Both the position numbers and the translations under genes were made by a program. A stretch of DNA of 32,000 bases from Candidatus Saccharimonadota bacterium (lineage in GTDB: Bacteria; Patescibacteriota; Gracilibacteria; BD1-5; UBA2023), in the NCBI GenBank assembly GCA_963706795.1, contig OY970170.1, forward strand, positions 600,001 through 632,000. Reading direction: 5' to 3'. Below are positions 28,255 through 32,000 of the stretch, one piece after another. A model generated the notes under the pieces. It was not told the DNA's origin, did not search any database, and worked only from the letters and a program-made list of their open reading frames with translations. The first letter of the stretch is position 1; each line of letters begins with the position of its first letter.

Positions 28255-29217
28255 TTAGGCGCTTTTCAAAGCGAAAATTGCGCTCTCAAGAGCAAAGACG
28301 AGCGATTCGTCTCACTCTCATGGGAGTCCGCCAACTTTTGAGAGTCGCTCGACTTCGATGAGTTTTTCGTACAGGGTCTCCAGTTTTGATCCAATAGAAG
28401 TACTGACTCGATCATATTTCGTAGCTACAAAATCACGAATACCGAGCATTTTTATTGTCTCGGTACTTGTTATACCCATTTTGCGCAGTGTCTTGTAATA
28501 GACAAATGCCCGAAGTCCAGCAAGTAGCACCGAAAAAACCGAACGGATTTCTTCTTGAGTGAGCACATGGCGAAGCTCATCAATTGAGGATTTTGCATTG
28601 CCACTGAGGAGTGCATCCGTGATCCTGAAAACCGAAACTTCGGTATTTTCGCGGATATGTTCGGTGATGGTGGTGATGTCGATATTGTCCACGAGGGAGA
28701 GTTTTTCGACTTCACCTTCGAGGGTTCGGACGTCTTCGTTGCATCGACGCACGAGCTCGAGGATTCAGGCTCGGTCGAGATGAGTGAGTCGCTCGCTCAC
28801 GTAGGCAATGCGATCTTGCTCACTTTTGAGGGAGAAGGTCTTCATCATGGCCATTTCCTCAAGCTTTCCAAAAACCTCTCCGGCGGTTGCTTCTTCGAAG
28901 CGGCGGAATATGACAAAATTGGACTCGGGAATTTCGCTCAATAAACCCGCGAGGGCTTCAAGTTTGGTATCCGCTTTTTTTGAAGCCTTCTCACCCTCGA
29001 TTTTTTCGGGACCTGAGAGGATAACGAGACGCTTCTCTGCAAGAAAGGGCGATGAGAGTAGCTCGCTTTTGAGCTGATCGTCATTTGTGGATTCCCAGTT
29101 GAGCGAAACCACATTCATTTCTCCGTATTTTTCGACAAAAATCCGCCTCCATTCGTCGATGTTGCGAGCGATGGTGCGTTCGAGATTTCCGCGGAAAAGT
29201 ATGAGATTTTTTGCCAT
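28255..29217 (-). CDS. holA: DNA polymerase III delta subunit HolA-like (320 aa, 3 in-frame TGA)
   Basis: ORFs 28765..29217 and 28318..28752 are in one frame. The apparent TGA 'stop' at 28318-28320 is read through for a further 20 sense codons (one of them another TGA), so the CDS ends at TAA 28255-28257. Delta-like features: 'LILFRG', 'LLSSPFLAEKRLVIL' and 'ITDALLSGNAKSSIDELRHVL'. Confidence 0.65.
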
Positions 29218-32000
29218 TATGCGTGCTTTTGCAGCAAGTATACCGTCTTCCTTAAAAAGTCGAGGTCGCCATCGTATTCGTTCTTGGCGGTGCGAATACG
29301 AGAGAGAGATTGAGGTAAAAATACTCCTTGTTCGTCGATCGCAAGAAATGTCCGAATCATCTGTGTTGTCGTATTTGGCGCAAAATCAAAGACATAATCC
29401 TTGAGCACTTTTTTGACTCCGATTACGCCGTAACGATCGAGATAAATGCGAGATTTGAGCACCAAGAAGAGATTTGCGATATTCTCAGGCAAAGCTTCGT
29501 GGCCTCGGACGAAGCTTTCTTCGGCGCTTTCGAGATCTTCGATATCGTCGACGGATTCGAGTGACCGATAAAATCCAATTTTGTCGTGTTCGCTCGCAAA
29601 ATACTCTTCGCTGACAAAGGTATTAATATCGAGCTCGATCTTCGTCTCTATTGTGTGGGTTTTGATACCGGTACGAAGCTCTTCGATTTTGGATTCGAGA
29701 AGCTTGAGATAGAGCGAGATTCCGGTCTCTTTTGCGCGTCCAGATTGCTTGATCCCGAGGATCTCACCGGCACCACGAATCTCGAGGTCGCGCATGGCAA
29801 TCTCAAATCCTGCTCCAAGATGTGAATTTTCGACAATGGCGAGTAAACGCTTCTTCGCATCTTCGGGCAAATGGTCTTTGCGATAGAGTAAAAAGCAATG
29901 TGCGTCCATGTCTTTGCGCCCTACTCGTCCTCGGAGCTGATGGAGTTGCGCGAGTCCAAATTCGTCTGCGTTGTCGATCAGGATGGTATTTGCTCGCAAA
30001 AAGTTTACACCGTTTTCGATTACGGTTGTTGTGAGAAGGATGTCATATTTTCCTTCTTTAAAATCCATGATGCGATCCTCGAGTTCTGTCGGATCGAGCT
30101 GGCCATGAGTGATGACGATTTTGAGTTTTTTGCCCGCAATCCGCATGAGCTCCTTGGCAGTACCTTCGAGTGAAGCAATGCGATTATGCAAAAATATCAC
30201 CTGACCACCACGATCGAGTTCGCCAGTGATAGCATCTCTCAGGACTTCTTCGCTCCATTTGGCAACGAGGGTGCGGATTGGTTTTTTGAGTGGGGGAGGT
30301 GTTGTGATCATTGAGATCTTACGAAGCCCTGAGAGCGCCATATTGAGGCTTCGCGGGATCGGTGTTGCTGAGAGGGAGAGGATGTCGAGATGCGCCTTCA
30401 TCGTGGTGATTCGCTCTTTGTCGATGACGCCAAATTTGTGTTCTTCGTCGACAATGAGGAGTCCGAGTCGCTTGCAGGTGATATCTTCGGAGAGGATACG
30501 GTGGGTTCCAATAACTATGTCGATAGTGCCTTCTGCCAGACCGTGGATGATCTCTTTTGCCTCGCGGGCGCTCGTCATGCGCGAGAGCGTTGCGATGCGT
30601 ATTCCTGTGCCATCAAATCTCTTTGCAAATGATTCAGCATGCTCATAGGCTAGTACAACTAATGGCGAAATTACCGCTACCTGCTTACCTCAGAGTACCG
30701 CTTTGTAGGCAGCATTCATAGCAACTTCCGTCTTCCCAAATCCGACGTCACCCGAGAGAAGTCGATCCATGGGTTCGGAACTTTCCATATCGCCAAAGAT
30801 TTCTTCGATCGAGCTGGTCTGATCGGCGGTGTGCTTGTAGGGGAATCGTGCCCTAAAATCTCATTCTTCCTTGCGGAATTTTGGGAAGGGATATCCCGTA
30901 GAAACCTTGCGTCTTGCATAGACATCCAGAAGCTCGGCCGCAGTTTTTGCGATTTCGTCCTCGGTGTTCTGAAGTGCGGTTTTCCAGATTGTTCCGCCGA
31001 GTCTATGGAGATTTGGATGCTCATCTCCGAGGTATTTTGTCAGTCTATAGAGCTCAGTAACTGGCACGTAGAGTCGATCGTCATCAGCGTATTCAATCGC
31101 AACATATTCGCGTTTCACGCCATTCATTTCTTTTTCGATGAGTTCGCGAAATATTCCGATCCCGTGCTCAAAATGAACGACGTAGTCATTGGGTGCAAGC
31201 GATAACAAAAGGTCGAGTGACTTCGCGGCACTGCGTCTCGTGCGCTTTACCGCAAAGAGTCGAGAGAGAATATCATCCGCAATCGCAAAATGATCTGCCG
31301 ATCGAAAACTCTCGATCGCAAGACGTGGAATTGTTTCGATTCATTTATTTGCCAGACTGTTATATGACAAAAATTGCTCGATCGCTTTGGGATGACGAGT
31401 ATAAAACCGCGTCTTTTCACCAAATGCCCGCAGATGGTCTTCGAGAGCTTCGAGCGAATCAATCGTTAGTGGATCAATCTCAAGAGAAGTGCTCTCGCGC
31501 GTACTTTCAAAACAGAGATATCTTGTAAGTCCCGATCGCAAATCATTTGCCAGTGCAAAAAATTCGAGATCAAAAGTTACAACTAAAACATCATTTAACT
31601 CACTCGAGAGCTTCTGATCTATGGACTCTGCAAACTCCGGAAGAGGTTCAGAATTAGCCGCAAAAATGATACAACTCTCAGGTTTTTCTTTGGGTTCGCC
31701 GCCAAGTGTTCTCAAGATGATCTCATCGAGCTCATCTCCAAAAAACGAAGCAATCACGATCCGATCGCTTCTACGAATATGGAGCTCACCTCCATCGATT
31801 TTATAAGTAAAATCCTTGCTGAGATGAGGTCCGTGGCTGTATCCCATCTCAAGAAGTCGACTCACTATATCATCGAGTCGGTAGGTTTTCCCACGAATAA
31901 ACTCAAGTCCTCATTTTGTTCGTTTATATTCGTGCCGTACTCGTTCATCAAAAAATCCAGTGGTCGTACAATAGAGTCCGTTTTTCTCGACTAAAAAGGA
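29217..32000 (-). CDS. mfd: transcription-repair coupling factor Mfd (partial; N-terminus lies beyond the window end; at least 4 in-frame TGA)
   Basis: One frame is open from 32000 to TAA at 29217-29219 under code 25, with TGA at 31911-13, 31341-43, 30861-63 and 30690-92. CarD/TRCF motif '[14 protein letters not shown]'. Helicase motifs '[14 protein letters not shown]', '[11 protein letters not shown]', '[12 protein letters not shown]' and '[11 protein letters not shown]'. The stop overlaps the holA ATG (TAATG). Confidence 0.9.

Noticed and set aside
28318-28320. TGA at 28318-28320 taken as the holA stop, as in the ORF track.
   Set aside because: Given the code-25 evidence, the frame continues (…GGLP-G-E-G-DESLVFALESAIFALKSA) to a genuine TAA at 28255-28257. 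This gives a more typical delta-subunit length of 320 aa.
1-32000. Apparent massive pseudogenisation: mfd, the RHS gene, PLD, dedA, wecA, fmt, holA, trmD and prmC are all 'broken' in the supplied standard-code ORF track.
   Set aside because: Every break is a TGA, never a TAA, TAG or frameshift. The pieces are always in frame, and the TGAs sit on conserved glycines. The cause is codon reassignment (code 25), not gene decay.
1-32000. Search for tRNA, rRNA, tmRNA or riboswitch-like elements in the intergenic regions (3131-3218, 5978-6246, 11384-11521, 17151-17308, 18259-18492).
   Set aside because: I could recognise no cloverleaf-compatible sequence (no GTTCRANYC T-loop context) and no conserved riboswitch core by eye. 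A covariance-model scan (tRNAscan-SE, Infernal/Rfam) would be needed to exclude them.

Overview
The window is compact, gene-dense bacterial chromosome that only reads sensibly if TGA is translated as glycine (genetic code 25, used by the Gracilibacteria/Absconditabacteria (SR1) lineages of the CPR/Patescibacteria). Under the standard code most genes break into 2-20 fragments. Reading TGA as Gly fuses the fragments in frame, and the TGA codons fall on conserved glycines: the PrmC SAM motif 'D-V-G-T-G-S-G', Fmt 'F-F-G-T-P-E', the helix-hairpin-helix 'P-G-V-G-K', and WecA 'G-G-K'. I re-derived every CDS boundary by hand on that basis.

Housekeeping content:
- Plus strand: ZIP metal transporter; a dedA / wecA-like / pilin-like / fmt operon; ABC-2-like permease; short prmC; PLD lipoprotein; an 888-aa secreted protein.
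- Minus strand: sortase; rpsU-like; typA; and an mfd(partial)-holA-FKBP lipoprotein-trmD-zinc ribbon operon.
- Many gene junctions are overlapping stop/start codons (TAATG, ATGATTAG, ATGCCTAA).

Accessory content:
1. A single 2131-codon RHS/YD-repeat polymorphic toxin gene (18493..24888, 30 in-frame TGA). It has a signal peptide and a low-GC, TGA-dense N-terminal domain carrying two copies of a Cys module. After the RHS core there is a DPxG...DPSGM cleavage motif, then a low-GC 168-aa tip ending in a ParB/Srx-like 'DGHHR' domain. Two small genes follow (candidate immunity, then a Yip1-like membrane protein).
2. A FemAB/CelD-like GNAT gene lies immediately upstream of the toxin, bracketed by ~90-105 bp direct repeats.
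3. A DinJ/RelB-YafQ/RelE toxin-antitoxin pair with a palindromic operator, translationally overlapped by a third HhH (Cdd1-like) gene.

I recognised no rRNA, tRNA, CRISPR array or transposase. All homology calls are motif recognition by eye; no searches were run.
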